From contig JAOPTX010000032.1 of assembly GCA_051532055.1 (NCBI GenBank), positions 1-64,000 of the forward strand: 64,000 bases of DNA, in the 5' to 3' direction. Shown here in pieces: positions 18,740 through 30,870 of this stretch (within the stretch, counting starts at the first letter, position 1; every line of letters starts with the position of its first letter). A program made the position numbers and the translations under genes. Source of the DNA: Fibrobacterales bacterium (lineage in GTDB: Bacteria > Fibrobacterota > Fibrobacteria > Fibrobacterales > JAOPTW01). The notes beneath the pieces were generated by a model. It ran no database searches and was not told where the DNA came from. It saw nothing but the letters and a program-made list of their open reading frames with translations.

Positions 18740-19648
18740 ATGGGATTTTTTAAAGCAATAAAAAAAGGCCTCACCAAAACGAGAGAGTCTTTCAACAATG
18801 AGCTGGGGACGATACTCGGTAAAGGCGTTTTAACCGAAGAAAAACTTGAAGAGATTGAAGAGCAGTTAATTAGAGCAGATATTGGTGTTGATACCGTATT
18901 CTCCCTTGTTGACTCACTGCGCGACCAAGCACTTGGGAAATCACTATCAGCAGATCAACTCATGAATATGCTGGGTGCTATTGCTTCTGACCTTTTGGTT
19001 GACCCTAAAGAAATAAATTGGGATGCAAAACCCCATGTCGTTCTCATTATCGGTGTCAATGGCGCTGGTAAAACAACTTCAATTGGCAAACTTTCACACT
19101 ACTATAAAAAGCAAGGAAAAAAAGTACTCATCGCCGCAGCCGATACTTTTAGAGCTGCTGCAATTGAACAACTCGAGGTATGGGCTGATCGTACTGATGC
19201 TGAATTTGTTAAACATCAAGAGGGGTCCGATGCAGCGTCTGTAGTTTATGACGCATACGAAGCGGCTCAAGCTCGTGACTGTGATGTACTTCTCGTGGAT
19301 ACTGCAGGGCGACTACACAACAAAGAACACCTTATGGAAGAACTCAAGAAAATCGTCCGTATTCTACGCAAACATGACGAATCTCTTCCCCATGAATCAG
19401 TACTCGTTATTGATGGAAACACTGGACAAAACACTGTAAATCAGATTAAACGATTTAATCATGCAGTCCCTCTTGATGGCCTTATTGTCACCAAATTAGA
19501 TGGTACTGCTAAAGGTGGTTCAGTCATTTCAATGTCCAATGAGCTTAAGCTCCCCATTGATTGGCTCGGTATGGGTGAATCAATGGACGACCTTGTACCC
19601 TTTTCTAAAGAGGAGTATATTAAAGGCCTCTTCTATATGGATGAATAA
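18740..19648 (+). CDS. ftsY: Signal recognition particle receptor
   Basis: GVNGAGKTT, DTFRAAA, DTAGR, TKLDGTAKGG. Confidence 0.96.
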   Translation: MGFFKAIKKGLTKTRESFNNELGTILGKGVLTEEKLEEIEEQLIRADIGVDTVFSLVDSLRDQALGKSLSADQLMNMLGAIASDLLVDPKEINWDAKPHVVLIIGVNGAGKTTSIGKLSHYYKKQGKKVLIAAADTFRAAAIEQLEVWADRTDAEFVKHQEGSDAASVVYDAYEAAQARDCDVLLVDTAGRLHNKEHLMEELKKIVRILRKHDESLPHESVLVIDGNTGQNTVNQIKRFNHAVPLDGLIVTKLDGTAKGGSVISMSNELKLPIDWLGMGESMDDLVPFSKEEYIKGLFYMDE

Positions 19649-20076
19649 TGAGAATAGCGAGTTTCATCTTTTTACTCTTCTTCCTGTCTTACTGTGAAAA
19701 CAGTGAACCTGTGGACGATACTTATGTCTCAATATATGTGCTTACACGGCTGGCTAACACTGAATTTGGTTCTACAACTAAAAAGGCAGAACAGTTTCGC
19801 GCATCAATTTTTAAGCACTACAATATAAAAGAGGGGCTCTATATCAGTGAAATAGCACGCCTCAAAAATGATCCCGAACAATGGCAGCTATTTCAAGACA
19901 GAGTCATAGCTGATATTAAACAACGAGATTCTGCCCTTGATCATCACCAATTAAGAATGATACAGCTTGACTCCCTCCGTCGTGACTCCCTTCTTAATGA
20001 CTCCATTAACAGAGAAGTCCTTGTGGACACTCTCACTTTAGATAGTACCCCATTAATAAAGGATACCCTCAAATGA
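19648..20076 (+). CDS. Hypothetical lipoprotein
   Basis: Hydrophobic leader ending FLSYC; translationally coupled to ftsY. Confidence 0.7.
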   Translation: MRIASFIFLLFFLSYCENSEPVDDTYVSIYVLTRLANTEFGSTTKKAEQFRASIFKHYNIKEGLYISEIARLKNDPEQWQLFQDRVIADIKQRDSALDHHQLRMIQLDSLRRDSLLNDSINREVLVDTLTLDSTPLIKDTLK

Positions 20077-20645
20077 TATCTCCCTCTTGGACTGCACGAT
20101 TAATCATTATAGGACTCATTGCACTGAGCTTTGCCTGTTCTAAGGAAAGTGATAAAAAAGCTCAAAGTCACAACGACTCACCGGTACAATGGCTCACCTT
20201 TGAAGAGGGGCTCAATAAAGCAACTGCAGAGAAAAAACTGATGTTTGTCGATCTCTATGCTGACTGGTGTGGACCGTGTAAATATATGGATGCAACCACT
20301 TATAAAGACTCCTCTGTAGCCGCACTCTTGAATTCACGATTTGTACCCGTTAAAATTGATGCCGACCAGCCTGAACCAATCGCTTGTGAAGAAAAACACC
20401 AGCTTCCTCCTATGGAGTGTGCTGCAAAAATATGGCAAGTACAGGGACTTCCTGGAACTATCATTCTTGATTCAAAGGGGTATTTTTTAACATCCACTAT
20501 GGGTATTCAAGAGGCACAAAACTTAATTGAGTCGCTCAATCTCCTTCTTGATAAAGAAGAAGTTCTTCTCAATATCGTTTCTGAGGAAATCGCACGACAA
20601 GCAGATTCTATTGTTGCTTCTAAAATTAAACCAGCAACAAAATAA
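20073..20645 (+). CDS. Thioredoxin-family lipoprotein
   Basis: Lipobox SFAC; WCGPC active site. Confidence 0.88.
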   Translation: MISPSWTARLIIIGLIALSFACSKESDKKAQSHNDSPVQWLTFEEGLNKATAEKKLMFVDLYADWCGPCKYMDATTYKDSSVAALLNSRFVPVKIDADQPEPIACEEKHQLPPMECAAKIWQVQGLPGTIILDSKGYFLTSTMGIQEAQNLIESLNLLLDKEEVLLNIVSEEIARQADSIVASKIKPATK

Positions 20646-20663
20646 TTAAACTATACTTTGAAT

Positions 20664-21113
20664 ATGAAACAACTGATAATTATCACTCTGATCTCACTTG
20701 CCTCAAGCTTTGCGGCAACCAACGCCCTTGATTTCACCTTGGGGACCGTTAACCCTAGTTCAGACAAAACTGCCTTTAATATCGACTTTAGTGGTAACTA
20801 CTGGTACCAATGGGACCAAATGGTGCTCATTGGTGGTGGTGGCGGTGTACAACAATTCGGGAACAGCAGATCCTATCAAGCACTCCTTGGTGGTATTTTT
20901 CGGCTTCCCATTGGTGGACAAATGCTCCCCATTATTACAGGAAATTGGGGCTATAGCTTTGGAATGAGAGGGGAGTTCCTCTATAAAGCTGGCGGTGGAT
21001 TTGACTTAAAGCTGGGGGACAACTCAAGTTTGCTTGCCCTTGGCGGGTACCAGAACAACACCCACACTGGCTCATATATTTATCTTCGCGGTGGTGTACT
21101 TCTCGAGTTCTAA
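20664..21113 (+). CDS. Small outer-membrane beta-barrel-like protein
   Basis: Signal peptide, Gly/aromatic alternating strands, terminal Phe. Confidence 0.6.
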   Translation: MKQLIIITLISLASSFAATNALDFTLGTVNPSSDKTAFNIDFSGNYWYQWDQMVLIGGGGGVQQFGNSRSYQALLGGIFRLPIGGQMLPIITGNWGYSFGMRGEFLYKAGGGFDLKLGDNSSLLALGGYQNNTHTGSYIYLRGGVLLEF

Positions 21114-21252
21114 TTACTCACTCGACAAATCACCCTGATCCTCCCTTACAATTCAGAATCCATCCCTTCGGAAATTCTAATTATCCTATATTACCTATAG
21201 CGAATATTCTGACTGAATAATTTCCCACTTTTTTAATTGAAAGGAGTCCTGT

Positions 21253-22467
21253 ATGAGCGATATATCGTCTATACCCATGCCCGATGAAAATGGTTTTTTT
21301 GGTGAGTTTGGAGGAACATTTGTACCTCCACAACTTGAATCAATCCTACAAGAGATCACCGATGCGTATAATGAAATAAAAAATGATCCAACATTCACAG
21401 AAGAACTTGAGATGCTCTACAAAACCTATGTTGGCAGACCAAGCGCCCTTTTCCACGCAAAAAACCTATCGAATAAGCTTGGTGGTGGACAAATATATTT
21501 TAAACGAGAAGACCTTAATCACACCGGTGCTCATAAAATAAACCACTGCTTAGGTGAAGCACTTCTTGCCAAAAAAATGGGTAAGAAAAAGCTTATTGCA
21601 GAAACAGGTGCAGGTCAACATGGTGTCGCTCTCGCGACAGCTGCAGTACTTGTTGGACTTGAATGTGACATATACATGGGTGAAGTTGACATTGCCAAAG
21701 AACACCCCAATGTTTTGCGCATGAAAATTCTTGGGGCCAATGTTATCCCCGTTGATCGTGGAACCAAAACTCTAAAAGACGCCGTTGACGCCGCTTTTGA
21801 AGCCTATATGGCCGACCCGATAACGCAAATTTACGCAATAGGATCAGTTGTAGGGCCACACCCTTTTCCTATGATGGTACGAGACTTTCAATCTATAATT
21901 GGAAAAGAGGCTAAAGAACAGTTTCATGAAGTACTCGGTAAGAATCCTGACAATCTCATTGCCTGTATCGGTGGTGGATCCAATGCCATGGGGCTTTTTA
22001 CTGCATTTCTAGAAGATTCTGAGGTCTCCATTTATGGAGTAGAGCCATCAGGTCGGGGACTCGATACCCCTGATCATGCTGCGACTCTCACCCTAGGCTC
22101 ACCAGGAATGCTTCACGGCTTTAAATGTTATAACTTACAAAACGAGCAAGGTGAGCCACTACCAGTCTATTCAGTTGCCAGTGGTTTAGATTACCCTGGC
22201 GTTGGACCTCAACATAGTCTTCTTAAAGATCTCGGTCGTGTAAGCTATGTTACCGCATCCGACAAAGAAGCAATTACTGCCTTTTTTGAAATCTCTCGTA
22301 CTGAGGGTATTATTCCTGCAATTGAAAGTGCCCATGCAATTGCATATGCTATCAAACTTGCACCAACCCTGAATAAGGATCAAACTATTTTAGTTAACCT
22401 ATCGGGAAGGGGTGATAAAGATATCGATTTTGTTGTTGAAAATTACGGTGCTGAATTTGGATTATAA
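21253..22467 (+). CDS. trpB: Tryptophan synthase beta chain
   Basis: [47 protein letters not shown]. Confidence 0.96.
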   Translation: MSDISSIPMPDENGFFGEFGGTFVPPQLESILQEITDAYNEIKNDPTFTEELEMLYKTYVGRPSALFHAKNLSNKLGGGQIYFKREDLNHTGAHKINHCLGEALLAKKMGKKKLIAETGAGQHGVALATAAVLVGLECDIYMGEVDIAKEHPNVLRMKILGANVIPVDRGTKTLKDAVDAAFEAYMADPITQIYAIGSVVGPHPFPMMVRDFQSIIGKEAKEQFHEVLGKNPDNLIACIGGGSNAMGLFTAFLEDSEVSIYGVEPSGRGLDTPDHAATLTLGSPGMLHGFKCYNLQNEQGEPLPVYSVASGLDYPGVGPQHSLLKDLGRVSYVTASDKEAITAFFEISRTEGIIPAIESAHAIAYAIKLAPTLNKDQTILVNLSGRGDKDIDFVVENYGAEFGL

Positions 22468-22489
22468 CACCGTTATTCCTTAAAGACAC

Positions 22490-22531
22490 AAGACCGTCAT
22501 GGGAATGAGTACTCCTCCCCTGTCGGTCTTT
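22490..22531. terminator. Hairpin between convergent genes
   Basis: AAGACCG..GGGA..TCCC..CGGTCTT. Confidence 0.5.
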
Positions 22532-22543
22532 AATTTATACTTT

Positions 22544-23284
22544 TTACAATACCCAGTTCAAACCAGCGCTCAGTACATAGATGGGATAGTCGTACTTATT
22601 AAAGTCACTTACTGAAGGAATGTTTCCAGTAAAGGGTAGATAAAACATTCTCAAACCAAACTCTGCATTAAAATTGCGTTTCAGGGTATAGCTATGAGTG
22701 AGTCCCCACTGAACCATCACATCAAACCCTGTAACATCATTTTTGATATCAGGTTGACCTTCTTCTACCTGAGTAAAAGTATGAAACCATTTATGCCCAC
22801 CTAAACCTAATTGAACATTAATGTATTTGAAATGCATTTTCCCATAGATATTCATTGGAATACTCAAAACTAACAGCTCTTTATCATATTCTGTCGTAAG
22901 CTTTTTCTCACCCCAGAGCACTTGTATAAACCCTGTATTAAACCCGAATGAAAATTCCGTTTGACCGAGTACCGACAATTCAAATGCTTTTTCGAGTCGA
23001 TACCCTATATCAGCAATAAAAGGTACACCCCATTTTGAGTATGCTTCATCAATCACACTTGCATTATTAATACTAAAACCAAGTGATGCATTTACAAGAA
23101 AAGCATTACCAATAACCCTACTTCTAATACCGGGCGCCTCAGCAAACTCAACATCCATATCATCAAGTTCATCAAGTGCATCATCACTATCAAGTCCAAG
23201 CTCTGCATCGAGACTTGTTTCTTCCTCGGCAATTATTGGTGATAGCATCCCTAAAAAGAGTATCAGTATCAGCATATATTTCAT
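22544..23284 (-). CDS. Outer-membrane beta-barrel-like protein with acidic N-terminal segment
   Basis: Signal peptide, D/E-rich stretch, amphipathic strands. Confidence 0.6.
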   Translation of the reverse strand: MKYMLILILFLGMLSPIIAEEETSLDAELGLDSDDALDELDDMDVEFAEAPGIRSRVIGNAFLVNASLGFSINNASVIDEAYSKWGVPFIADIGYRLEKAFELSVLGQTEFSFGFNTGFIQVLWGEKKLTTEYDKELLVLSIPMNIYGKMHFKYINVQLGLGGHKWFHTFTQVEEGQPDIKNDVTGFDVMVQWGLTHSYTLKRNFNAEFGLRMFYLPFTGNIPSVSDFNKYDYPIYVLSAGLNWVL

Positions 23285-23391
23285 TTGTTTCCCTCCGCTT
23301 CAGTTGCTCAGTAATATACCTAAAATTTCATGATTTCCATTGTGCTAATAGTGTCCACACTACTATACACTCATTTTTTGCTCTATATTCT

Positions 23392-23688
23392 CTATTCAGA
23401 GAGAATATAGAGCAATATTCCTAAGGGAATTGCATTAAGAAACAGCGGAAGCCACATACCGAATTTGGGTTCTTTCTGCTTAATACCAATAAAGGCAAAC
23501 AATACCCCAAAACCAAAGAGTACGACTGGTACACTCTCTATAGAGAGTACACTCCAAGTCTCAATGAGTTCTGTTGAAATTACTCCAGGGAATACGCCAT
23601 AGCCTAGAACCGAGAGGAGAACTCCCGACCCAATCGATGTCACTCCTAAGAGTAATGAGCGCATGCTGTAATTTAGTTTTCTTTGCAT
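23392..23688 (-). CDS. Small hypothetical membrane protein
   Basis: Three hydrophobic segments. Confidence 0.65.
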   Translation of the reverse strand: MQRKLNYSMRSLLLGVTSIGSGVLLSVLGYGVFPGVISTELIETWSVLSIESVPVVLFGFGVLFAFIGIKQKEPKFGMWLPLFLNAIPLGILLYILSE

Positions 23689-23717
23689 GGCCTAAATATA
23701 TCTAAAAAGCGCAGTAA

Positions 23718-24695
23718 TCAAAATGGAAACTGGCGATATATCTCATCAACCATACCAAGGGTCTCTAAGGTGTCATTCCATGTCATGAGTGGATGCTCTA
23801 ATCCCTGTTCACCACTCAGTAAGAATTGGGATACTGCATCAATCTCATAGCTGTAACCAGTGCTATCAATTTCAAACTGATACTCTTTAAGCCCTTTGTC
23901 TGTTACCTCAAGGAGCATCCTCTCTGGTCGCCAAAATTCCTGATTAATGGCAATGCTTCCTTTCGTGCCCACAATTTTTGCATCATTAGAAAGATTTGTC
24001 ACCACTGAACAATTGAGCCGAGCCTGAGCACCACTATCATAAAAAAGATGATAGGTCCCTTTTTCATCTACATTAGTTAGTCCTAAATCAACTCCTGCTT
24101 CAATGCGTTCAGGAGCCCCAAGAATCATTTGAGAAAATGAAAGCAAATAGACACCCACGTCAAAAAGTGCTCCCCCACCCAGCTCTTTATTAAAGAGCCT
24201 TGAGTCTGCATCAAACTCAGCACTAAAACCAAAAGATGCTTCGAGTGATGTAATTTCTCCAATGCGCTTTTGATCCAAAATTTCACGCAGCTTATCCATA
24301 AGAGGAAAAAACCGCGTCCAGAGTGCCTCCATGATAAAGAGGTTTTTTGACCGTGCAAGAGCAAATACCTCTTCTGCATCACTCTTTTTGAGGGTAAATG
24401 GTTTTTCACACACAACATGTTTCCCGGCTTCAAGGGCTAGAATCGCTTGCTCTTTATGAAAAACATGCGGCGTTGCAATATAGACTACATCAATCTGAGA
24501 ATCATTAACGAGTTCACTATAGCTCCCATAATAGGCTTCCGCCTCATAGTTTCCAGCAAACTCCTTTGCAATGGCACTATCGCGTGATGCGACCGCGTGC
24601 AATTGGCCATATTCACTATTTTTAATTGCAAGAGCAAACTCATGAGCAATACTTCCTAAACCAAGAATACCCCATCGAATCATTTTATGTTCCAT
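23718..24695 (-). CDS. Gfo/Idh/MocA family oxidoreductase
   Basis: RWGILGLGSIA, YIATPH, CEKP, MEALWTRF, GGGALFDVGVY. Confidence 0.93.
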   Translation of the reverse strand: MEHKMIRWGILGLGSIAHEFALAIKNSEYGQLHAVASRDSAIAKEFAGNYEAEAYYGSYSELVNDSQIDVVYIATPHVFHKEQAILALEAGKHVVCEKPFTLKKSDAEEVFALARSKNLFIMEALWTRFFPLMDKLREILDQKRIGEITSLEASFGFSAEFDADSRLFNKELGGGALFDVGVYLLSFSQMILGAPERIEAGVDLGLTNVDEKGTYHLFYDSGAQARLNCSVVTNLSNDAKIVGTKGSIAINQEFWRPERMLLEVTDKGLKEYQFEIDSTGYSYEIDAVSQFLLSGEQGLEHPLMTWNDTLETLGMVDEIYRQFPF

Positions 24696-24877
24696 ACTGT
24701 TCCCACTTATTATTCTATCGGATTAGAGCAAAGTTGTACAAAAAGGTTCTCTATCCTACGCAATCTATCTCATAGATTAAAAATAGGTTCAAATAGATCA
24801 ATGGAGGTGATCTAAGTTCGTAAAAGGGCCTTTGAATTGCTATATTGCCCTTAAAATGCATATAGAATGAGGATAGT

Positions 24878-25963
24878 ATGTCGAGCGTACTAGGAAATAT
24901 CTTTAAAATATCTACCTGGGGTGAAAGCCATGGGAAAGCACTTGGTGTAGTGGTTGATGGCTGCCCAGCAGGAATGCCTATCGATGAAGACATTATCCAA
25001 AAAGAACTCGACAAACGCCGTCCTGGTCAAAACAAATTGGTCACTCAACGAAAAGAGAGTGATACTGTACAATTCCTTTCGGGAATTTTTGAAGGCAAAA
25101 CCACAGGTACCCCTATCTCGATGGTTATCTTCAATGAAGATCAGCGCTCAAAAGACTATGGCAATATTGCAGAGACTTACCGTCCATCCCACGCAGACCT
25201 TACCTATGACCTTAAGTATGGATTTCGTGACTACCGTGGTGGGGGTCGATCAAGCGCTCGTGAAACAGCGGGGCGGGTTGCTGCAGGTGCACTTGCAAAA
25301 CAACTCCTCCTTAAAGCTCATGACACACAGATCTTAGCTTATGTAAAACAGATCGGTTCAGTAGTTGCAGATATTGATCCACTCGCAGTGACTGAAGCGA
25401 TGATTGAAGCCCACCCAACACGCTGCCCCGACCCTGAAGCAGCAGTGCTCATGGAGCAGGAAATTCGTGACGCACAAAAAGATCATGATTCTGTTGGTGG
25501 CGTTATCGAACTGGTCATTACCAATGCCCCTATTGGGCTCGGTGAACCTGTTTTTGATCGCGTTGAAGCAAATCTTGCAAAAGCAATGCTTTCAATTATG
25601 GCCTCAAAAGGGTTTGAGATTGGTGAAGGCTTTAATGCTGGTTCAATGCGTGGTTCAGCCCACAATGATGCCATTATTCATGATGAGAACGGTTTCCATA
25701 CTAAAACAAATCATGCAGGTGGAACCCTTGGGGGTATTACCAATGGTGAACCTATTATCTGTCGTATTGCCTTTAAACCAACTGCGACTATATCACAACC
25801 CCTTGAGACAGTTACTCGTTCAGGAGAAGCAACATCATTGACTGCCAGGGGGCGCCACGACCCTTGCGTAGCAACACGTGCCCCCGTTATTGTCGAAGCA
25901 ATGGCAGCACTGACTCTTGCCGACCTCTTCTTAGAAAACCGTGCAAAAATTGGACTTTTTTAG
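24878..25963 (+). CDS. aroC: Chorismate synthase
   Basis: GESHG, RPSHAD, RSSARET, FKPTATI, RGRHDPC. Confidence 0.97.
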   Translation: MSSVLGNIFKISTWGESHGKALGVVVDGCPAGMPIDEDIIQKELDKRRPGQNKLVTQRKESDTVQFLSGIFEGKTTGTPISMVIFNEDQRSKDYGNIAETYRPSHADLTYDLKYGFRDYRGGGRSSARETAGRVAAGALAKQLLLKAHDTQILAYVKQIGSVVADIDPLAVTEAMIEAHPTRCPDPEAAVLMEQEIRDAQKDHDSVGGVIELVITNAPIGLGEPVFDRVEANLAKAMLSIMASKGFEIGEGFNAGSMRGSAHNDAIIHDENGFHTKTNHAGGTLGGITNGEPIICRIAFKPTATISQPLETVTRSGEATSLTARGRHDPCVATRAPVIVEAMAALTLADLFLENRAKIGLF

Positions 25964-26063
25964 TCCATTGTGAGTTATGGCCTCACCCCATTTTCCCTTT
26001 TGCCCTCCATTTCTCTTTTATAAGTAGTATACTAGCGATAGAATAACTCTCGTATATAAGCAA

Positions 26064-28346
26064 ATGAAAATACGGAAATTAAATATTAGCGACCGGCTTC
26101 TATTTAGCTATGGTCTTATCATTTCATTTATTGCAGTAACTGCTGGTATTGCACTCCTTACCCTGTTTACCTCTACCCATTCAATAAAAAAAGTATCCAA
26201 CAATTCAGTTCCAGAACTCATACTACTACACACAATCAAGCACAACTCAACACGTCTCTTTGCAGAAACTCAAGGTTTTTTTGCCACAGGAGACAAGGAA
26301 GAAATTGAAGAATTTGAAAGTGCGGCACAGAACCTCAACAGATATCTCCATAACTGGAACACACAAGATTCTGAATTAAAAACAAGTATCAAAAATGAGC
26401 TTCTTAAAAAACAGGTGATATTTAAAGAGCTCGCTGAAACACTTTTTAAAGAACATACAAATCGTCAGGGTATACTCAACCATCTTGACTCCCTCGAACT
26501 CCTCCTTCTCTACCACAGAACAACACAGTCTAACAAGCACCTAGTGTACGATTCTCTCTTCCATACCTACCATACAGTTCACAAAGAGATAAGTACGCAC
26601 TCTAACTCTTTACTCTATAATACTAACGCTGAAACAAATACGGCGTCCAACGAGCCAGAATCAGTAGACAGTAACCACATTGGCCAATCATTTCTTGATC
26701 ATGTTCGAAATCATCTGTTCCCTTCTCTCACTTCAATTGCTCATCGCACTCAGCAAACCACAACTAAAGACCTTGTTGCTGAGATAATAACAACACTGAA
26801 CACCTTTATTGAAAAATCCATACTCCTCTCAAGTCTTATTCAAAAAGTAGAAGAGGAGGAAGAGAATATATTAAACATTTCTGAAAGCGCTATTCAAACT
26901 ACGGTCATTGAAATCACATCACAATCAAAGCAACTTTCAAGCCTTGCTCATTTAGGAGTGACCCTCATTACTCTCTTCTCATTTCTATTTATTCTTCTCT
27001 CAATATTTACCTTCAAAAAAGTGACTCGTTCACTCCTTTTTCCTCTGGATAACCTCGTAAAAGCTACCATGGTTGTAGGGTCAGGCAACTTTACCTATGC
27101 TGCACCAGTAGTCTCAGAGGATGAAATTGGCGAAGTGACTCGCTCCTTTAATAGTATGGTAAAAGACCTTGGGCTATTAAAAGAAAAAGAGAATACCTAC
27201 GAGACTGAAAAATCTCGTCGTATCGCTGCGGAATTAACTGCTCAAGCAAAATCAGAATTTTTAGCAAACATGTCCCATGAGCTCCGCACACCAATGAACG
27301 GCATCTTTGGCTCTTCAAGCCTCCTTCGTGATATTAAAAATGTTCCAGAGGATGTTCATGAACTGAGTGAAATGATTTACACTTCAACCGAATCACTACT
27401 CGTAGTCATCAATGACATCCTGGACTATTCAAAACTGGAGTCAGGAAAATACCACATTGAAGCCATTCCTTTTGATCTTAAAGACCTGTTACACGATGTC
27501 TACACCCTCATGCATTATAATGCAAACCAAAAAGACATCACCTTCACCCTTGAGTATACTCAAATTGACCATGAGGTATTTATTGGTGATCCCACTCGAA
27601 TACGACAAATTTTAATTAACCTTATCGGCAATGCCATTAAATTTACTAATAATGGCTCAGTAACTATCAAGTGTGCCTCAGTATCCACTGATGAACAGCA
27701 ATGCGCACTCTCTATTGCTATTGTTGACACAGGTATTGGCATCCCCGAAAGCAAACAGAGTGCAGTATTTGATGAGTTTTCACAAGCAGAACATTCAACA
27801 ACACGAAAATATGGTGGAACTGGGCTTGGACTCACAATATCAAAAAAACTAAGTCTCTTGATGCATGGTGATATCACCTTACAAAGTAGCGAAGGTGAGG
27901 GCTCTACCTTTGCCCTCGAATTATCACTCCGAAAATCTGATGAACAAATTAAACAAAAATCTCGTACCATGGAAAAACGGGATTATCAAAAAACAATCTT
28001 ACTCGCAGAAGACAACCTCCTTAATCAAAAGCTCTTCAAAAAAATGCTCACAAAAATAGGGGTCGCTGTGGAAGTAGCCGCAAATGGTGCAGAGGCCATA
28101 GCGATGGTGAAAAACAAAGAGTATGCCATTATTCTTATGGACATGCAAATGCCCGTTATGGACGGAATAACTGCAACTGAGACACTCCATAGAACACTCC
28201 CTAACCAACTCCCACCTATAATTGCACTTACTGCAAATGCACTCCCCGAAGATAGAATCAAGTGTATTGAATCCGGTATGCAAGGATTTTTAACAAAACC
28301 ACTCAATCAAGCTCGGTTAGTTGAAGAGTTTGACCGCTGGTTCTAA
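26064..28346 (+). CDS. Hybrid sensor kinase (periplasmic domain-HAMP-HisKA-HATPase-REC)
   Basis: Two TM segments, [33 protein letters not shown]. Confidence 0.93.
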   Translation: MKIRKLNISDRLLFSYGLIISFIAVTAGIALLTLFTSTHSIKKVSNNSVPELILLHTIKHNSTRLFAETQGFFATGDKEEIEEFESAAQNLNRYLHNWNTQDSELKTSIKNELLKKQVIFKELAETLFKEHTNRQGILNHLDSLELLLLYHRTTQSNKHLVYDSLFHTYHTVHKEISTHSNSLLYNTNAETNTASNEPESVDSNHIGQSFLDHVRNHLFPSLTSIAHRTQQTTTKDLVAEIITTLNTFIEKSILLSSLIQKVEEEEENILNISESAIQTTVIEITSQSKQLSSLAHLGVTLITLFSFLFILLSIFTFKKVTRSLLFPLDNLVKATMVVGSGNFTYAAPVVSEDEIGEVTRSFNSMVKDLGLLKEKENTYETEKSRRIAAELTAQAKSEFLANMSHELRTPMNGIFGSSSLLRDIKNVPEDVHELSEMIYTSTESLLVVINDILDYSKLESGKYHIEAIPFDLKDLLHDVYTLMHYNANQKDITFTLEYTQIDHEVFIGDPTRIRQILINLIGNAIKFTNNGSVTIKCASVSTDEQQCALSIAIVDTGIGIPESKQSAVFDEFSQAEHSTTRKYGGTGLGLTISKKLSLLMHGDITLQSSEGEGSTFALELSLRKSDEQIKQKSRTMEKRDYQKTILLAEDNLLNQKLFKKMLTKIGVAVEVAANGAEAIAMVKNKEYAIILMDMQMPVMDGITATETLHRTLPNQLPPIIALTANALPEDRIKCIESGMQGFLTKPLNQARLVEEFDRWF

Positions 28347-28550
28347 GGTATCCCGAGGCCTATTCATATTCTATTACTTAGATGAAATTAAACAAGAGGT
28401 GTACCGAGATGAGCGGCCGCGCTTGAGTCGAACGTACAGAGGATACCTCTTCTCAATCTCTATCCATTTTGAGTACACTTACAGAGATCTTTCGAAGAAG
28501 ATATGATTATCACAATGTTATACCATAGGAAGTTCGTTGTATTAGACTTT

Positions 28551-30194
28551 TTATACTCTAAAGTGGAGTACTTCTTTATTGAGCTCTCGAGATATTTTGC
28601 TGAGTCCTTCAGACTCTCCATTAAGCCCTTCAACCTCACCCCTGGTCTCTTGTATCGCTTTTTTAATCTCGTGTACACTTTCGGTTGTTTCGTTAATACG
28701 ATCAGCTACTCGACTTACGTCTTCAGTAATAGTATTCACTGTGGTACTCGTACTCGCAACACTGCGGGCGATTTCATTTGAAGTCCCTGACTGCTCTTCA
28801 ACAGCGAGAGAAATAGATTGAGACATCTGATTGAGCTCTTCAATAATCTCAGCAACTTTTGAAATAGACTGATTTGTCGCTTTAGTACTTTTTTGCATCC
28901 CGTTAATAAGTTTACGTATCTCTTCCGTTGCATCAGATGTTTGAGTTGCAAGCTCTTTGACCTCATTTGCAACGACAGCAAATCCTTTCCCTGCCTCTCC
29001 GGCACTTGCGGCCTCTATCGTTGCATTCAGAGCAAGTAGATTGGTTTGCCTTGCTATAGCACTAATTACTTCAATAACCTTCCCAATTTCTGTGGCTGAG
29101 ATGGTCAGGCCTTCCATTACTGATTGGGACTCTTTTGCTTGTATTCCTGCTTCTGTTGCGATAGAAAGTTCATGCTGACAACTTTGAGACACATTTGAAA
29201 TGGTTGAACTCATTTCATCCACTGCAGCAGCGATACTTTCTGTATTTGCATTGAGCTCTTGAATTGCCCCCGAGATACTTTCAATATTATTTTGGGCATT
29301 CTCTGTTTTAGAAAGTGCACTATCACTCTCGCTCGATAAAGTCTCTGAGTTTTCAGTGAGCTCTTGCGCAACACCTGCAATAGAACTTGATGATCCACGG
29401 AGTACATCAACAGTTTCATGAAAATTTCGAAGTACACTCCCCACTTTATCAATCATTACATTTATAGTATTAAGGAGCGCTCCAAATTCATCTTTACGAT
29501 TATGTGATATTGATATGGTAAAGTCACCCTGAGATACTTTACGCATCATCTGCTGTACCTGACTAATTGGCTTTATAATACTTTGCCCAAGGAGCGTAGA
29601 AATAAGCAAAATCACTGCTACAATTACCAAAGAAACAATTACAATAAAGACAAAGTTTTTATTAAGAGTTGCAGTGCTCTTTTCAAACTCTCCTTTGGTT
29701 GCAACAGAGGCTTTTTCAATCTCTTTTTTAATAATAGCATTAAGGTCTTTACTGGCACGCGCAAATTCAGGATATTGCTCTGTTGCTGAATAGGCATCAG
29801 CTGAAATACAAATTGTTGAAACGTTAACAAATTGTTCTTGAAACAACGAAAGCTTACTCATCAATAATTCTGCGACGGTAGATTCTATAGTCCCCTCTTT
29901 AAGCTGTTTACCTCCCTGCTCTATTTGCTGGAGTAACAGCTCAGCTGTCGTTTTTATATTTGCAGGGTCTTCTCCAAGCATATTAGATATAATGAGATTG
30001 GGAAGCCCAGCATCAGCCTCAGAAATTGCACCGGCAACCTTTGAGAGCAGTTCCATATTTTTCACATTTTTATTGTAAAGAGTATCAAATGACTGTTTAA
30101 CCGTATTCGAACCAGCCCCCACAAAAAGGACAATAGTCGCTACTGCCACTGCAGTTATAGCAGGAAATAGAAATAATTTACTCTTTACTTTCAT
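28551..30194 (-). CDS. Methyl-accepting chemotaxis protein
   Basis: Two TM segments, [38 protein letters not shown]. Confidence 0.95.
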   Translation of the reverse strand: MKVKSKLFLFPAITAVAVATIVLFVGAGSNTVKQSFDTLYNKNVKNMELLSKVAGAISEADAGLPNLIISNMLGEDPANIKTTAELLLQQIEQGGKQLKEGTIESTVAELLMSKLSLFQEQFVNVSTICISADAYSATEQYPEFARASKDLNAIIKKEIEKASVATKGEFEKSTATLNKNFVFIVIVSLVIVAVILLISTLLGQSIIKPISQVQQMMRKVSQGDFTISISHNRKDEFGALLNTINVMIDKVGSVLRNFHETVDVLRGSSSSIAGVAQELTENSETLSSESDSALSKTENAQNNIESISGAIQELNANTESIAAAVDEMSSTISNVSQSCQHELSIATEAGIQAKESQSVMEGLTISATEIGKVIEVISAIARQTNLLALNATIEAASAGEAGKGFAVVANEVKELATQTSDATEEIRKLINGMQKSTKATNQSISKVAEIIEELNQMSQSISLAVEEQSGTSNEIARSVASTSTTVNTITEDVSRVADRINETTESVHEIKKAIQETRGEVEGLNGESEGLSKISRELNKEVLHFRV

Positions 30195-30204
30195 AGTGGA
30201 TTAC

Positions 30205-30675
30205 CTATTTGTAGATTCCAGCAACGACGATATAGCTTTTACCCTTTACCTTGACCAACTTACAATAAGCGGTTTTAGCATGAATTCCTTTCTCACCAGG
30301 TTTTTGATAACTATAATCGGTCCAACCTTCACCTTTTTCGAGAGCAACTGCAACAATCTCATCTCTAAACTTTTTGCCTCGGACATCAGGCTTCCCTTTA
30401 TACGACTTCCCTATAAGCCCTGGCTTGTAAGGGTGGGCAAGCATCACCGCTTCATCTGAATAGACAAATGCATAGAGTGCTTTCTCTTTAAAATAGAAGC
30501 CTCCATCGGGCTTGCTAATTTGTTTCAACCCCACTTCACCTTTACTTGCAATGAGTATTGCTGCTTTTTCTACCAATGCTTTTGCCTCTTTCTGTTTATC
30601 AGATAGGCTACCTGCAAAACTTGTACTGCATAGCACAAGAACTACCACTAGAAGTGATTTGATTATTCGACCCAT
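30205..30675 (-). CDS. Stand-alone periplasmic single Cache domain protein
   Basis: SD AGGAGA before ATG 30675; signal peptide; LYAFVY..MLAHP..LIGK..D..GK, GEGWTDY..KPG. Confidence 0.85.
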   Translation of the reverse strand: MGRIIKSLLVVVLVLCSTSFAGSLSDKQKEAKALVEKAAILIASKGEVGLKQISKPDGGFYFKEKALYAFVYSDEAVMLAHPYKPGLIGKSYKGKPDVRGKKFRDEIVAVALEKGEGWTDYSYQKPGEKGIHAKTAYCKLVKVKGKSYIVVAGIYK

Positions 30676-30813
30676 TGAGTATCTCCTTAATTTCTGTTTT
30701 TTGATACAAATATTGTACCATAGCACATAAGAGAATAACAATATAAAACACCAGAAATACTCATTTATCTCTAATAAGTAACCTAAAGGGGCTCGTATGA
30801 AGGTCCAGAGCAT

Positions 30814-30847
30814 AAAAAAAGCTCTCTCCATTAGGAGAGAGCTTTTT
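30814..30847. terminator. Intrinsic terminator after the aldolase gene
   Basis: AAAAAAAGCTCTCTCC-ATTA-GGAGAGAGCTTTTT. Confidence 0.88.
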
Positions 30848-30870
30848 AAAATATAATGAAATGTTTGTAG

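Noticed and set aside
21253..22467. trpB without adjacent trpA
   Set aside because: Stand-alone trpB copies are common; nothing unusual in the sequence
30676..30831. N-terminal extension of the Cache protein
   Set aside because: Begins inside a terminator; SD and signal peptide fit ATG 30675
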